Positions 17,921 through 33,217 of a DNA stretch of 64,000 nucleotides are shown piece by piece (positions within the stretch are counted from its first letter, which is position 1; every line of letters starts with the position of its first letter). Under the pieces are notes generated by a model. It made no database searches, had not been told where the DNA came from, and worked only from the letters and a program-made list of their open reading frames with translations. Position numbers and translations under genes: made by a program. This stretch comes from the human T2T-CHM13v2.0 reference genome, Homo sapiens: assembly GCF_009914755.1 (NCBI RefSeq), contig NC_060932.1. One strand, written 5' to 3'.

Positions 17921-18999
17921 GAAGAAGGATATAACCCTTTATAACCTTTTCCTTTCATTCTCTACAGGATCACCTACTCTAATAAGGTTACTATATTTTA
18001 AATCCAGTGTTCCTGAAATCTCATTTCTTCTTGCAAATAATAGCTGCTCAATAAATTTTTAATCAGTTAAAAATGTAGTAACTTATTCTTGCTCTTTGTT
18101 ATCAAGTAATTCTGATCTCATTGTTTGCTGTGTCTGTTAATTTGTGTTTTGAGAAACAACGAAGGTATGTTAGATATTAATAAGTTAATTTGTGTTGCCT
18201 TTACTGATCTTCTACGTATTTTATGAACTAGGGCAGTCAGTCTAGTAGGTGGAATGGTGGTTGACCAAGAGGGGCAGTGCATCTAGATAGAGTTGCTTTT
18301 GGAAATACCATCCGTGTTGTTGACTGACTGGTATTATGTAAGGAGATATTGAGAAGAGAAAGATATTTTTATATGAATTACTTCCGTCAGTTGGCGCTGC
18401 CATAATTACCATTTGGTTTCACCGTTCTTGATCCCTTTAGGGGTGAAGTCACTTTGATTACTAAACTTCCAAGGAATAAGTTGTTGAGTATTTTTTTAGC
18501 TCTACATGTTTTATTCTTTCCATTTGAAAGTGAAAGGGTCCATGTTTTGAAAATTGTTAAAATGTGGACTCCTGGAAACAATCATCACATGGTTTTAACA
18601 GACAAGTTTATTTTCAGTTTGTTTGGGTAAGTTATCAAAGAAAGAACATACTTTTATGAAATTCTACTTATTGAGATAATTTGAAGTAGTTTCTTAATCT
18701 TTATGTCTCCTACATATGAGGCATATTAGGAATATGTACATATTTCATTTTTAAAGTAATCAAATTAGAAGGAGCATCTTAATATGTATTAAAGTTTGAG
18801 TAAGGAGAAGAGATTACAAGGTAGAAATTTTGATTAATCCATGTTACTTAATATAGTTCACATTTAATCAGGATTCTTCAGAAATGACATCTTTGCTGAT
18901 TTCCTCAATGCCAATTTCAGCATTAAAATATATCGCTGTGTAAAAAACTGAACAATTCTATTGTTTTTCTTCAGTAATTAATTTATTCCCTTATTTCAG

Positions 19000-19094
19000 T
19001 GGACTTGGTTACTTATATAACAAGGTTCCAGTGGGACATGGCCAAATATCCAATCAAGCAGTCCCTGAAAAATATTTCTGAAATAATTGCCAAG
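19000..19094 (+). CDS. ATP6V1C1: ATP6V1C1 exon 5
   Basis: tttcag|TGGAC...CAAG|gtaaga; [31 protein letters not shown]. Confidence 0.97.
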
Positions 19095-20680
19095 GTAAGA
19101 TAATACTTGAGACAAGTAGGACACATTGATTTGTAGTGGCTTTGCTTATTTTATAATTTCACTATGAAATACTTTTTAGGTTTTGATAAGGCAACTTAAT
19201 TATATTTCACAGAAGAAATCCTTACAACTTAGACATTAAAAGATGTTAAAAAGTATAACACTTTAATGTGTAGATTATCTAAGTTGAATACTTAGTTATG
19301 TAATTAACTTAAATATTACATCAACAGTGTTTAAGAAAGTGTGAAAATTCTGTATTTATACAAATTTTAAGGGTACCCAAGATTGTGTAGAATAGGAAAT
19401 TGGAGTCTATTAAGATTTCTTAGTCATTCAGGTAGGTGATAGTAGTCACTGAAGTATGTTTATGTGCATACAATACTTGTTCAAACATTAAACTCTATGG
19501 ATTCTCTGACCCCTTCGGACTATTTAGTTTTGATCCTCTGCCTGGAAAAATTCCCGTATTCGTGTGCCACATAATTTTATGTAGTTTCAGGGAGTACATG
19601 GACCTTGAAGCCGATGCATGAACCCACCAAGTTAAGAGCTCCTTTTATATTGAGAAATCCTTGAACTTGAAAGGAAATCCTAGAACTTGAGAGGAAAAAA
19701 AAGTCTTTTTCCCCCCAAGATCTGTTTGTGGAATAAAAGTCTTAACAGTAACTATAATGAGACAAATAGACAAGGACCTGTTAATTGTTTGCCAGCATTT
19801 GACCTGGCTGGGGCAAGAAGTGTAGTTTAAATTATTGGACAGACTTTCCTTGGCTCCCAGTAACTTTAGTTATGCGGTGTGCTGTACAGTTAAATGTAAA
19901 TAAATAGACTATCAAAGATTTTAACTAAAGTCATCATGTAATTTGATGACTATAGTTTAAGAAACTATTATTTACATTACTTGATAATATAAAGTGGTGT
20001 TCTTACTATGACTGAGCCTTTTTTTCTGTATCCTTAAGGATTTGATCATCTGCTTCCTGATGCTGTTGTAGATAGGAAAGCAGGCTTAGAGAGGTGAAGT
20101 GACTTACCCTCGTGCTACACAGCTAATAATGCTAGAGCTATGTTAAAGTCAGTTCTTCGAATGTTGTTTACTTCACATTTTCTCCCCATGTAGTTAGTTT
20201 AGTATTCTTCTGAGAAAAACAGCTTTTGTAACATTTATGAATAAATTCAACTATAATTTTAATTTCATAGAAAAATACTCTGTGTAATAGTGATGTTTGC
20301 AGTAGTCAAAACTCTTCATGTAATTTAGTTTACTTTGGAAAATATCCTTCAGTCTTGTGAATTGAAGCCTTGTAAATAGTAATCTCCAAACCCAGTGGCC
20401 TAGATTCCATTTCCATGGTTTAAGAAGTAATATAATTAAAATACATGTGGACTAAAACATTATTTTTAGTTGAAAAGATTTATGTGGAAATTATATTTAA
20501 AATGAAGTCGGCTGTTTTTTAAATGACCTCCTAAAGTCGTGCTTTTAAAATAATAGAATATTCTTACACTAGAAACTAGTGGGTTTTTTTGTAGAAGTTA
20601 AAGTTTAGCTACTTTGATAGTATTAGTAGAGGCAGATTTAGGAAAATTTTATCTATTTTTCTTCTTTTTCTTTTTCAAAG

Positions 20681-20772
20681 GGAGTAACTCAGATTGATAA
20701 TGACCTGAAATCTCGAGCATCTGCATACAATAACCTGAAAGGAAATCTTCAGAATTTGGAACGAAAGAATGC
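20681..20772 (+). CDS. ATP6V1C1: ATP6V1C1 exon 6
   Basis: tcaaag|GGAGTA...AATGC|gtaagc; [30 protein letters not shown]. Confidence 0.97.
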
Positions 20773-21833
20773 GTAAGCAGATCAAGTATATTTGAGTACT
20801 AAGAACTGGGGAAGCATACTAGCATGCACCGAAGGAGATATTGTTGGGATTTAGTTAGTTTCAGTTTATGTTGTTCTGTAATCAAAATGGTATTTCTTTT
20901 ACTTCATGGAGAAAAGCTCACTAAGGTAAGTTTATAGAATTCAGACTAGTCCAAACAGATGTGAGGCTGATTTATTATACTTGTTTTATAAATAATACTT
21001 GTGAACTGGGTCCTGGCTTATTCCTTTATCCATTTGATATTTCACTGAAAAATAGTCTAAAATTAATTGTTTTAAATGAAATCATAGTTTAACTGCATAG
21101 TAATTACCTATCACTTAACTATAGAATAATCCTTTTATGATGTAATAGTTATTCTCTTATCTGTTTTCAGAATTTAGGTTTTTCACTTGTTAGGTTTTTT
21201 AAAATAGGACTGAATTTTTTTGGTTGATCCCCTTGTACTATGACTACTTCAAGTGCAACTTTAAGCATGAAAGTATTCAAGTTGTGCCTTCATATCCTAG
21301 AGGGAAAGTTGGTTGGATACTGTGAGTGATACAAACAGGGCAAGACATATTTATTATGGGAAAGTGATTACTGGAAGACAAATGAGGACTGATTTGAAAG
21401 AGTTAATTATTGGGTTAGCTACCAAAATTGCCTAGTATCAAATGATACCCAAGGGAGGGAAGAACACTAAAGGTATTGTGCTTAGATGACATAGTTTCAT
21501 AATTATATGATGGAATAGACTTTAATTGATATCTAATGAGTAGATAGTTTTCCAGTCAAGATATTATATATGTAGGCAAGAGAAGAGCTGAGTTATAATA
21601 ATTAAAGCAAACACAAAACACTAGAGGCAAATTTTGGTAGAAGATATTTCGTTGGTTGCAAGGGTAGGATATATTCAGCTAAATGGTGACTTCTTACAAA
21701 GTAAAAATGTTGACTAAGACTAATCCCTCTCAATGTATATATAGTATATGTGAAAATGATTAGCCTGCTGTTTCTTTACTTGTGTTACAGAAGCACATAA
21801 TTATCAGCCTAATGATTTGTTTTAATTCCTCAG

Positions 21834-21932
21834 AGGAAGTTTGCTAACTAGAAGTCTAGCAGAAATTGTGAAGAAGGATGACTTTGTTCTTGATTCAGAG
21901 TATCTCGTCACATTACTGGTAGTAGTTCCCAA
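21834..21932 (+). CDS. ATP6V1C1: ATP6V1C1 exon 7
   Basis: cctcag|AGGAAG...CCCAA|gtaagt; [32 protein letters not shown]. Confidence 0.97.
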
Positions 21933-22333
21933 GTAAGTCTTTCTATTATAAAAGGTTTTACTTGTTAAAATACAAGAAAAATGTTAGTATCTAGTATTGT
22001 AGTTTGAAGTTTTCCATAAAATCCAAGCGTAAAAGGAATATAACCTTGCCATTCATTCTGTCATCAACATTTGCTCATGTGGCACATAAAGTAGAAATTA
22101 GATCATAACCTGGCAATGGAGACTTCAGTTATAAATTGAGTTTCCAAATCAAATTTAGCAGCTTGGTAGAATTGGCTCATTCAAACATAAGTAATGCTAA
22201 ATTATTGATTGTTTAAAAAATACAGATTTTAGATTTCTCAAAATAGGAAGGTCTTTGCGTTTTTTTCCTGAAAAAATCTTTATGACTGGTTAGGTTTAAT
22301 TAAGCACTGTAAGAAGCAAAGAATGGATTAGAT

Positions 22334-22547
22334 CAGAGATTAGCAATTTTTTTCTATAAAGGGCTAGATAGTAAGTATTGTAGGCTTTGTAAACAATGTG
22401 ATCTTTGTCACAACTACTCCACTGTGGCAACTTTGTGGTTATAGCTGAAGTAGCCATAGATGATATGTGAACGAATGAATGTGGCTGTTTCAATAAAACT
22501 TTATTTACAAAACAGGCTTGGCTATGGGCATAGTTTGCTAACCCCTG
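22334..22547. mobile_element. MER58A-like hAT-Charlie MITE
   Basis: ctataaagggctagatagtaagtatt...aataaaactttatttacaaaacagg...tttgctaacccctg. Confidence 0.75.
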
Positions 22548-23817
22548 GACTAGATAACCTTTGAAATCTCCTTAGGATTAGGCCTTCTATGTTATTTAAT
22601 ATTTGATCATAGTTAATCTTAAATGAAATGAAACCTTTGGGTACTTGTAGGAAGACCTGGACTTTGTGTGTGTCTGTGTAGCACTATTAATGGTTTCACT
22701 TTTGACTTACACTGAGTCTTGCTATCAGGGAATGTTTGGGGGATCCAAACTCAGGTGGGAGATTTGGGTCTTTTTCAGAGTATCATTGTGTGAAGACTTC
22801 CTTGCTGTGCTCTGCATTTTTATCTGGTTCAGAGATTTGGAGTACTAGAAAATGATGCCTCCATGGAATTTACAGTGGCTACAGTAGTATCTCAATTCTG
22901 CATTTTTTTCCCCTTTATTGCAGTATGCTAGAAAAAATTTTGGATTTTTCTTTGCACAGGGAGAAGGCCTTAAATCTAAGGATTTCACTCCAGAAATTTT
23001 ATTTTGTGTTCTAGTTACATAACTCCCGTCTGCTACACTGAAACACTGATTATTTATAACAAATTCTGTGTATCTGTGCTTTTATACTATGTAGGAAAAT
23101 AACTTTTGCCCAGATGAAATATTTGACTCACTCAACCTTTATTTAAAACTTGGGTTCAAAACCAGAAATTTTTACAGTTTTCTGTACCTTGTAATTGAAA
23201 CATAGGACCTAGGACATCTTACATGATGAATTATTCTCTATTCTGGCCTATACACACTATAATTCTTTGTTTTCAATCTCAAACATAGTTGTCTCTCCCC
23301 ACACCCCTGGAAGCCAGTGGCCTCTAGAGAAGGTTGTTGCACAATGTTTTGTGGCAACATAGTTTACTGTCACTTCATTTACTTACTACCTCATGGTACT
23401 CTGTGCTTTCCATAAATATAGTTTTTTTTCAGTCCTTCATAATGGCCACTGAGCAGGAATGATAGTGATTTTAGCATGACCATTTTTAAAAAATGAGGCA
23501 CAATACATATGAACTATGCAGCTTGAAAACAATTTAGAATCTATACTGTGCTTTACTTCCTTTCCGAACATAGTTCTAGGATGTGCCTCTTTTGCAATAG
23601 TTACTGGAGGTAGGGTGGTGATCTGTTTTTTCTGCATTACTCAGTGTATTTGAAATTCATTCTCAGTAGGAAACCCGAATTTTTTTTGTTAAATAGAGTT
23701 GAAGTATACTTACTATAGCCAGATTTCCTATTTGTCTCATAATTTTTTCTCTTCCTGGATATGGCAGGAAATAGGACTTGTTTTTCTTTTCCAATGTGTA
23801 TTGTACCTTTTCTGCAG

Positions 23818-23886
23818 GTTAAACCACAACGACTGGATTAAGCAGTATGAAACACTAGCCGAAATGGTAGTTCCAAGGTCTAGCAA
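23818..23886 (+). CDS. ATP6V1C1: ATP6V1C1 exon 8
   Basis: ctgcag|GTTAAA...AGCAA|gtaagt; [22 protein letters not shown]. Confidence 0.97.
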
Positions 23887-24900
23887 GTAAGTAGAAGTCT
23901 TTGTAAAACCATTTGTTTCCTAGAATTCCTTTTAGAGTTTGGATGTTGGCTTAGGAAATATGTTTGCTGTCTTGCCTTTGTGATAAATTAACCTCATGAG
24001 TGAGTTCTATGAACTCTAGTTGTAATAATTTTAGACCTAGAAGGGACTTGGCACAGTCTGTTTGACAACCTCCTGTTTATAGACTTAGAAGTTTGAGGCC
24101 AGTGAGGTATTAATAGTTTGCCCAGGATCACACATCTCATTTGTGGCAGGGCTAGAACTAGAACCTAGGTCTTTGGTGTGGTACTTTTTCTGCCTCACTG
24201 TGCTGCCTTTTGAAAATTCTTTATTCATTATTGCATACCTACTATGTGTCTATAATTCCTCATTTTACTTGGCAAAGGAAGTGTACCAGAATGGCTACTG
24301 GACTGCCGTGTTGATCTCCAGATGTTCACCATCACTTTGAGCTTAGATTTTACCTAATTTGTGTGTTCCTTTTATTTAAAAAACAAACCTGTTTTTATTA
24401 AGCACTTTTTAAATTTATAGATTTAACATGCATTGTCTAATTTGAAATTTACAACAAGTCTGTGAAGAAGTATGGACAGTTATCATTCTTATTCTCATGG
24501 AAGAAGAAGTTAAAATGCTTAAATAGTTGCCTGAGGCATATGGCTGTGTAAAGTGTCCAATGGCAGAGTTAGGGCTAGAACTCACATCTTTTAGCTCCAG
24601 GTCCTGTACCCTTTTAACACTATTCCATGTCATTTTTCTGTGTTCTGCCATTGCCACACCAGATATTCTTTGAGAAAATATAAATACAGTGTATCTCCAC
24701 CCCAAAGGATTCTTATAGATATATATGTGCTTCAAGGGGAGGCAGCAGGGTGGAAGATATAGGAGGCAGTAAAGAAGTGGAATTAGTAAGGTCAGGCCCA
24801 TGAAATATTTTCTTTTCCAGTTTCATTGTGTCATGTGGGAAGTAGCTTAGTATGATGGAAAGAGTCCTGGACCCAGGGATCTGAGTTCTATTGCTGGTTC

Positions 24901-25561
24901 TGTCACCAGTAGAGTCTGTCACTGGTAGGGTCCGTCACTGGTAGGGTTGTGACTTCGAGTTGTCCAGGTTCTTGGTGTTTTGAACAAAAAATTGGACAAA
25001 ATGCCCAGCAAAGCAAAATAAGAATGAAGCAACAAAAGAACGAAAGCAGGGATTTATTAAAAATGAAAGAAAGTACACTCCACAGTGTAGGAGCAGACCT
25101 GAGCAGTGGCTCAAGGGCCTGGATACAGAATCTTCTTGGGTCCAAATAACTCCTACAAGTTTCCCATTGGCCACTTCATGCTCACCTCATGTAAATGACG
25201 TGGTAGCCTGCAGTGAGCCTCATTGGTTGCAGAAAGCAGCCAACCAGAGGCTGAAGTGAAGTTACAAAGGTCACACTCCTGTGCAAATATCTGATTGGTT
25301 GCAGAAGGCAACTAATCAGAGGCTAGGGTGAAGTTACAAAGTTATACTTCTATGCGAATGAAGACTCGGCCTCCCAATCAGTCTGATTTGTTGCAGACAG
25401 CCAATTTCCCATCTGCCATGCAGGAAAGGTCAAAAGGAGTAGCCTCTGGTCCTTTTGTTACTTAGGCGTGGAAAGTTAGGGTTTTCCTTTCAATTTAGTT
25501 CTAGGAAACCGGGGTGAAACAACCTTAGGTTCCCTGCCTCCAGACCCTATTTCCTGCCTCA
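24901..25561 (-). mobile_element. ERV1 solo LTR (MER51-type) inserted in a MIR
   Basis: Minus strand starts TGAGGCAGGAAATAGGGTCTGGAGGCAGGGAACCTAAGG; 4-bp TSD GTTC at 24897-24900 and 25562-25565. Confidence 0.85.
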
Positions 25562-27532
25562 GTTCTGCTACCAACTTGCTGTGTGACCTGGGGTAAGTCT
25601 TTTAACTTCTCTGGGCCTCATTTTCTTTGTCTGTAAATGGAGCATAGCACCTTCCTTGTATATATTATGAAGTTATTTTAAGACTTAATGGAGTATTCAA
25701 AATACAAGATAATGTTACTGTATTTTCACAAATGTTGATCTTTTAGGAACTTAACAACAAACTTGTGCTCATCATGAATGTTTTTTTTTTCATTTGGAGG
25801 AATATCTTTCCTTCATACCAGCTCTTCACATGGTAAACTGAAGACTACAGTTGTGTCTTGATATTGGTGGCTCACTTAGGCTGTTGATACTGACAGATCT
25901 TTAGGGCATTAGAGCCGTAGAGGTTGACTCTGTGTCTAGGAGGCAGGTAGAGGAGGAGAGTGAGGACGTGGTGCACACAGAATGTCCTCCAGAGATGGAC
26001 ATACGCCAACCCAGATGTCCAGGGGGATGGTCTGTAGGCTCATTAAGTAAGCTCAGATTTACTCTGATAGAAAGACTTTAAAAATATTCCATCAGAGATT
26101 TAGATCTTTGGACAGTCACTTTAGTAGTTTAAAGGGCAAATTTCAGGAAGGGAACAGTTTAATGCAGTCAAGACTTGTTTGCAAGTGACTTGTAAGTGCA
26201 CACTAATCTTCCGAGAGCTTCCAGCCTTTCCTTGCTCAGTGAAAACATCTTTTCTACCTATTTCTCAGTTCAAAGTACATTTGGAATCACTGACTCAAAA
26301 ACTTACCTGTTTAAATTTAGTCAGAGAGAACATAGCACTAGCTCAAATAGCACCATCAAGAGTATGTGCAGTTCATGTAGGGGCAAATAGGCTTTTTTGA
26401 GTGAGCCTGGAATATTGTCTGCCATTTAGGAAAGATCTCTATGACCTGATGCTGAATTTTTGGCTTATCATCACAACCAGCATTTTTGAGTAATTACTGT
26501 GAGCTAGTCTTTGTTCTATGTGCTTTACACAAGTTAATTAATTATAGGTAGTAACACATTACTTTTTGGTATGATAACTTGAGTGATTATTGTTGGGAGC
26601 AGTGAAGATGAAAGTGGAATTTTGAGGTAGATTGAAAAATATTCACTTTAATATTCAATCTAATATTTTTCAATCTATTCTTCTAACTGTCCTCAAACCT
26701 GAAAGAATTTTAAAGTTCACAAAATATAACTATTTATAAAATATTCTACAAAGATTGGACGGTTTTGAAATACTACCATTGCTGTGAGGCTAAATGCAGC
26801 AATGTGTATAAATGCCATGCCAAGGCTGTGGCCAAAGAAGTGGAGGCTGTGCTGCTGTTCTGCTTTTTTTTGTTGAAACACTGTTCAGAAAGAGGTGCTT
26901 TTCACTTGTCCTTTCAGAATTACCACTTTCCTATTTTTTTTTTTTTTGTCTGCTTTTGCTTGTTAAAATAGTCTGATTGAGTCAGATCACTGGTTAACTT
27001 TTGCCTTTTCTCTGTCATTGGAAGCAACATCACAAACTCATGGATGCTTCACAGAGGTTTTTCTTTAGGGATCTGGAGTCCCCAGTGAAGCAGAGGAGCC
27101 TAGCTAAGAAGTGCAGGAAGAATGATACTGGCCACTGTCCAGAAGTTTCTCTATGTTTCAGAGTTTCTGAGGGAGATGGTCTGTTCTCCTGTCAGTACCA
27201 CTTCAACCACACCCATGGCTCTAGCCTCACCTGCAGTTTTCGGACTGCTAAATCTTCGTCTGTAGCCAGCCTTCCCCCCAACCACATACCTGGTTCCTAC
27301 TGGACCACTCCATGTGGTATTTCCTAGGTAACTGACACTATCACCCCAATCTCAGACTCAAACTCTCTAGTTGCCCTGTAGTATATGGCAGCAACATCTG
27401 CCCAGTGATCCAAACCGCAAGTGTGGTAGTCAGTGATTTTGGAATCTTCCTTTGCCCTTGCACCCCCCTCCCCCCACCGGCCCCCCACCTGAAATAGTCT
27501 AATCAGTTATGTCATTTCCACCTTCCATAGTA

Positions 27533-28213
<681 letters not shown>

Positions 28214-30101
28214 GTTATACTTATTTCTGGCAATTCCTCAGATGCACCATGTTATTCCACATCTATATTCATTTGCATATGGGGTTCTGTCTGGAACGTT
28301 CTTCTCTTTTTTGTCTTTCTTTCAAACTTCCACCTGGTATCACCACTTTGGTGAAACTCCTTTGAATCCCCTCAGATAAAGTTACTAATTCCCCAGTGTA
28401 TCATGTATATTTTCTATTGCAGCACTTACAACTCTATATTGCAGTTACTTGTGTATGCCTGTTTCCTTTACTAAACCCATACCTGGAGATCAGGAAATGC
28501 TGTCTTAGTTTTATACTAATATCTAGCAAGTGCTTGCATTACAGAGTCTCAGTACATGTTAAATGACTACAAGTCTGTTATAGTAAGGACTCGTGGTTTA
28601 TTTTTTAAACAGTTTTAAGAAATACCTTTCCTTAGGGGAAAGAGGGAAAGCAAGTGGCTTTTATTTGTTTTTCATAATAAGGTGGCATAGTAGGATTTAG
28701 TTATAAGATAAGATGGAGGTTTTATCTTGGCTTTTTTCACCATCAGGATTTTGAGTAAGCCATAGGAATTTGCTGTGTCCCAGATCTCTGCACAATAGCT
28801 AGGAACCTGCTTAATAGGTAACCTGTTCATTGACACAGGGCCATGTCAAGCACCAAATGCTTTTGGAAGGGTCTTCAAAACAGCAAAGTGTTGGATAAGT
28901 TTAAAAGATTACTATGATAACAGTAAAACATTATTTGTGGCCCTGAAATAGCCTGTCAAGTTAGATTTGGATTTGTTTTGATCTCAAGCAGTTCACACAT
29001 CACTGAGTAAATCTTGGCAAAGCAGAAGATCCTTAAACGGTTTTTTAAATCGAGCTCTGTCCACTTGGTAGCTGCCCTTCATTGGGTTTGATGGACACCA
29101 GGAGCAAGAATTAAGGGTAATCATTTTGAGAAGATACAGTTTAACAGGAGGTTCTAAATCCAGAGTACTTGAGTTTTCTCTGCATGTCAGCGATTACAGT
29201 GATCAGTACTCCTGGAGGTGTCTGCTGGTCATACACTAGGGAGGTGCCCCTGCTGGCTGGCTGACGAGGAGTAGGGTAGATTCAGTACTTAAAGCCATTC
29301 TGTGATTAACACTGTAATTGCCTCCTGAATTTACTTGGCTAAACAGGTGGTTCTTAGGCTTCAGGAAAAACTACACTTGCTTTAAACATTTTTTTAATAT
29401 AGTATCTTTAAATTCCCCAGCATTCCTCCATTTTGTAAAATTTCCTTTTTCTGATTTCAGAAGTACCACATTGTAAAACTGAACATTAAAAAACAAAGAA
29501 AACAACCAACAAAAGGGCACAAGGACCCTTTTGGTAGTGAGGGGTATGTTTATTGTCTAGATTGTGGTGATGGTTTCATGGGTATATGCGTATGTCCACA
29601 CTTCAGATTATAGACATTAAATGCGTACAGTTTTCTGTATAACGATTATATCTCAGTAAAGCTGTTTAAAAAACACTAAACATTAGAAGAACTCCAGTAT
29701 GTGAAAGACAGAAAGGAGAAGAGATTCCCCTCAGTAACATTCCCCTGCCCCAAGGTTATCGCTGTGGAACAGCTGCCTGTGCAGCCTTGTGGACCTCACA
29801 TAAGGACTTCTATACAGGAGGCACTATAGGTAAATTCTGAAAGCCAAATTTGGACCATACTATCACAAGCGATACCATTCACCTTTCAAACAGTGGACTT
29901 TCACCCAAGGTATTACAGATTTAAATGACCATTAAAATTACCTGGCAGTTGTGTCTGGAAAGGTCTTTCTAGTGATGTCCATGGAGCTGTGACTGAATGG
30001 AAGTTCTGACCTCACTGGGACCTTCTAAAGCCTAAAATGGAGCCATGAGATGCATACAGGCACTTTTATTCAGAGATTATTTAGACAGTTGTGTTCATCA
30101 G

Positions 30102-30412
<311 letters not shown>

Positions 30413-30897
30413 TGTCAGTTTTTGATTGAGAGATGTCATGGGAGCAAAGGAAAGATCCAAGGTTTAAGGTACTGGCAATGCAGAGAGGCTAGGCTGGGCA
30501 TCAGTGGGGCTGAGTTGGCCTGGAGAAAGGAAGAAAGAATTAGGCTTCCAGAAAAGAAGAGTGTGCTTATCAAGGAGACACTGGAAACAAAGCAGCTTGG
30601 CGCTGATGTTGATTGAAAAGTGTGGTTCTTAGCGTTTGGATGCTTTACTGGAGTTAATGTCTAATTTTGTTGGTTAGTAAGAAATAAATGTAGAGTGTTA
30701 AGGTATCATAAGCAAAATAAATCATAAACATTCAGTATCTTCGGTGTTTGAGGCAATCCAGATTGAAAAGCATTGAGGTGATTTGGGAAGGGCTATTATA
30801 CCCTACTTTTCTCTTCCACCTGTTTCTGAATTTTGCCCTTAATATGAAAGACAGCAATACGTATAAATCTTTAAATGGACTTTTTTTTTTTCCATAG

Positions 30898-30990
30898 TGT
30901 TCTTTCAGAGGACCAAGACAGTTACCTGTGTAATGTCACCTTGTTTAGGAAGGCAGTTGATGACTTCAGACACAAAGCCAGAGAAAACAA
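30898..30990 (+). CDS. ATP6V1C1: ATP6V1C1 exon 9
   Basis: ccatag|TGTTC...AACAA|gtaaga; [30 protein letters not shown]. Confidence 0.97.
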
Positions 30991-31077
30991 GTAAGATTAT
31001 TGTTTTTTTGTTTATTTACTTTGTTAGATCAGCTGTATACAATGTGAACAATTTTGTTTTTTTTCCCCCAAATTTAG

Positions 31078-31171
31078 ATTCATTGTTCGTGACTTCCAGT
31101 ATAATGAAGAGGAGATGAAAGCAGATAAAGAAGAAATGAACAGGCTTTCTACTGATAAGAAAAAACAATTT
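31078..31171 (+). CDS. ATP6V1C1: ATP6V1C1 exon 10 (follows an 87-nt intron)
   Basis: atttag|ATTCA...CAATTT|gtatgt; [31 protein letters not shown]. Confidence 0.97.
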
Positions 31172-32656
31172 GTATGTGTTTTTAATATTTAGTATTATCA
31201 GTACTAAGCAGAAGAAAAAGTGGTATTGCTTTCCTTTGATTTAAAAGAAAGTAAAAATCTGCTTTGGTTTTAAGACATTTGATTTTAGTTTTTTTTTTTA
31301 ATTGAATAATCAGAATGAATTTCCTCTAAAGCTTAACTGTTCTAGAGATAACTATTCTATTTCTAAGAAAGCTTTCTTCTAAAGCTTATGTCTATCTGAG
31401 ATAGAATAGAGTAGATAGAATAGTTATCCTAAAATACATACTTAAAAAGAAATTACTCCACCTAAATCCATATCAGACATTAATTTTAAATGCAGTATTC
31501 TGGTTAACATCCTTGTAGGTGAAGGGTGATTTTAGTTAAGTAACGAAGTTCTTTTCAGTAAGACTTTTCACTTTCTTGAGGCAGATTTTTTCAATGCCTC
31601 AATCTTTTATTGAAGCAATTTGTATTTAAGCTATTGGAGAATTGGTGTGTTCTAGGTGTAATGGGAAACGAGTGGAATTGTGAAAATCAAAGATGGTGTT
31701 AACTTTCTTGCCATCTTCAAGTGTGGGATTACTGTGAAGACTAAAAGCTTGTTTGGAAAGGGAAACATAATGAGTGAAAATGTGTTTCTCTTAATAATGT
31801 AAGAGGAAATTAAGGGAAATATTGAAAATTATTTCCAAGTACTTTATAAGCCATATCATCTCAACTAGGAGGAAACTCATTCTAACCAAGTAATGTCAAA
31901 ATAACCAGCTTTTTAGGGCAAACCCAAAATCCTTTTAAAAAATAGATATTTTGACAAGATTTTCACTTGTTTTGCTATCCTTTTGCTTAAATTAATTGTT
32001 TGGTACATCCAAATGAGCCTAATAATGTTATCCAAGGAAGTGTTAGCTGAATCTTTTAAGTATGGAGAGAGGAGGTATTTGAAATCCGCTTAATCCTACT
32101 AAATATTTGAAGTTTAAAAAGAACTTAACGCTATATAATTTAGAATGTAAAGAGGTTTTAGATGTCTAGACCAACTCCCTTTTTTACAGATGGGAAAACT
32201 AAGAGCTAGTGCTGTTAAATGACTTGCCTACATAACTGTTTATCTTTGTTACTAAGAAGTTGTTTGTAAGTTGAATTTCATTTTACATGTATTAAATGTT
32301 TTAGAGTGTTGTGTAGTAAATTCAGATCTTTATATTTTGATTTTCCAACCTAAGGCATTTCTATATTTTGTACCATTTTAACTACTTTTATTAAAATATA
32401 TACCTTTTTCTGTGTTAGTGAATTGGTTCAATGCATTTTAGTGTCTGTTGAGATCTCTCTGTAGTGGCGAACCTTTTAATCTAATTTAAGATAAGGTATC
32501 TGAGATAATGAGAATAATAGTGAAACATGTAGAAAGTGAATTATGCGACTTAATTCTTCTATAGATTCCTAATAGGTAGTCACTTAAAAAAATATTTGGT
32601 CTATCTAATTGCTATTTCTAAGACCAAATTTGTGGTAATTTTTTTTCTTTTTATAG

Positions 32657-32754
32657 GGACCACTTGTACGGTGGCTGAAAGTGAATTTTAGTGAAGCATT
32701 TATTGCATGGATTCACGTGAAAGCATTACGGGTTTTCGTTGAGTCTGTTTTAAG
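32657..32754 (+). CDS. ATP6V1C1: ATP6V1C1 exon 11
   Basis: ttatag|GGACCA...TTAAG|gtaaag; [32 protein letters not shown]. Confidence 0.97.
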
Positions 32755-33217
32755 GTAAAGCAAGTTAATTGCCAAACTTGGAACTGAAGAGTTCATAGAT
32801 TCCTTACATTGGACCTCTTTATTATAACACAGTCCAGCAATAGGAAATTGATTTGGAGAAATCAAAGGGCCAATCATGAGACAGAGATTATCAGTATCAT
32901 CATACAGCTTATAAAATGCATATTAGTCTTGTTCTTTAGCACCAGGTTTAGAAAAAGAGATTTATGCTGCCATACCCTCAGGTTCTTTTTCTTGTGTAGG
33001 TACTTAAAAGTAGATTAAATATTAACCAATATTTGTTTAAAAGGAAGATCCTTCAGGTGTTTTATATGTCATTGGATACATAGTATGCTAATGACTTATT
33101 GAAATCATTTCATATTAACCTAAAGTATTTTAATATTTTGAGATATTTAAAAAATCATATTCTGGTCCAATGTATGGGTTGCTCATATTAGAAATAGTTT
33201 TAAAAAACCCAAAACTT

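Noticed and set aside
19923-19957. 14-bp inverted repeat with one mismatch in intron 5
   Set aside because: AT-rich and imperfect; plausible by chance in 64 kb.
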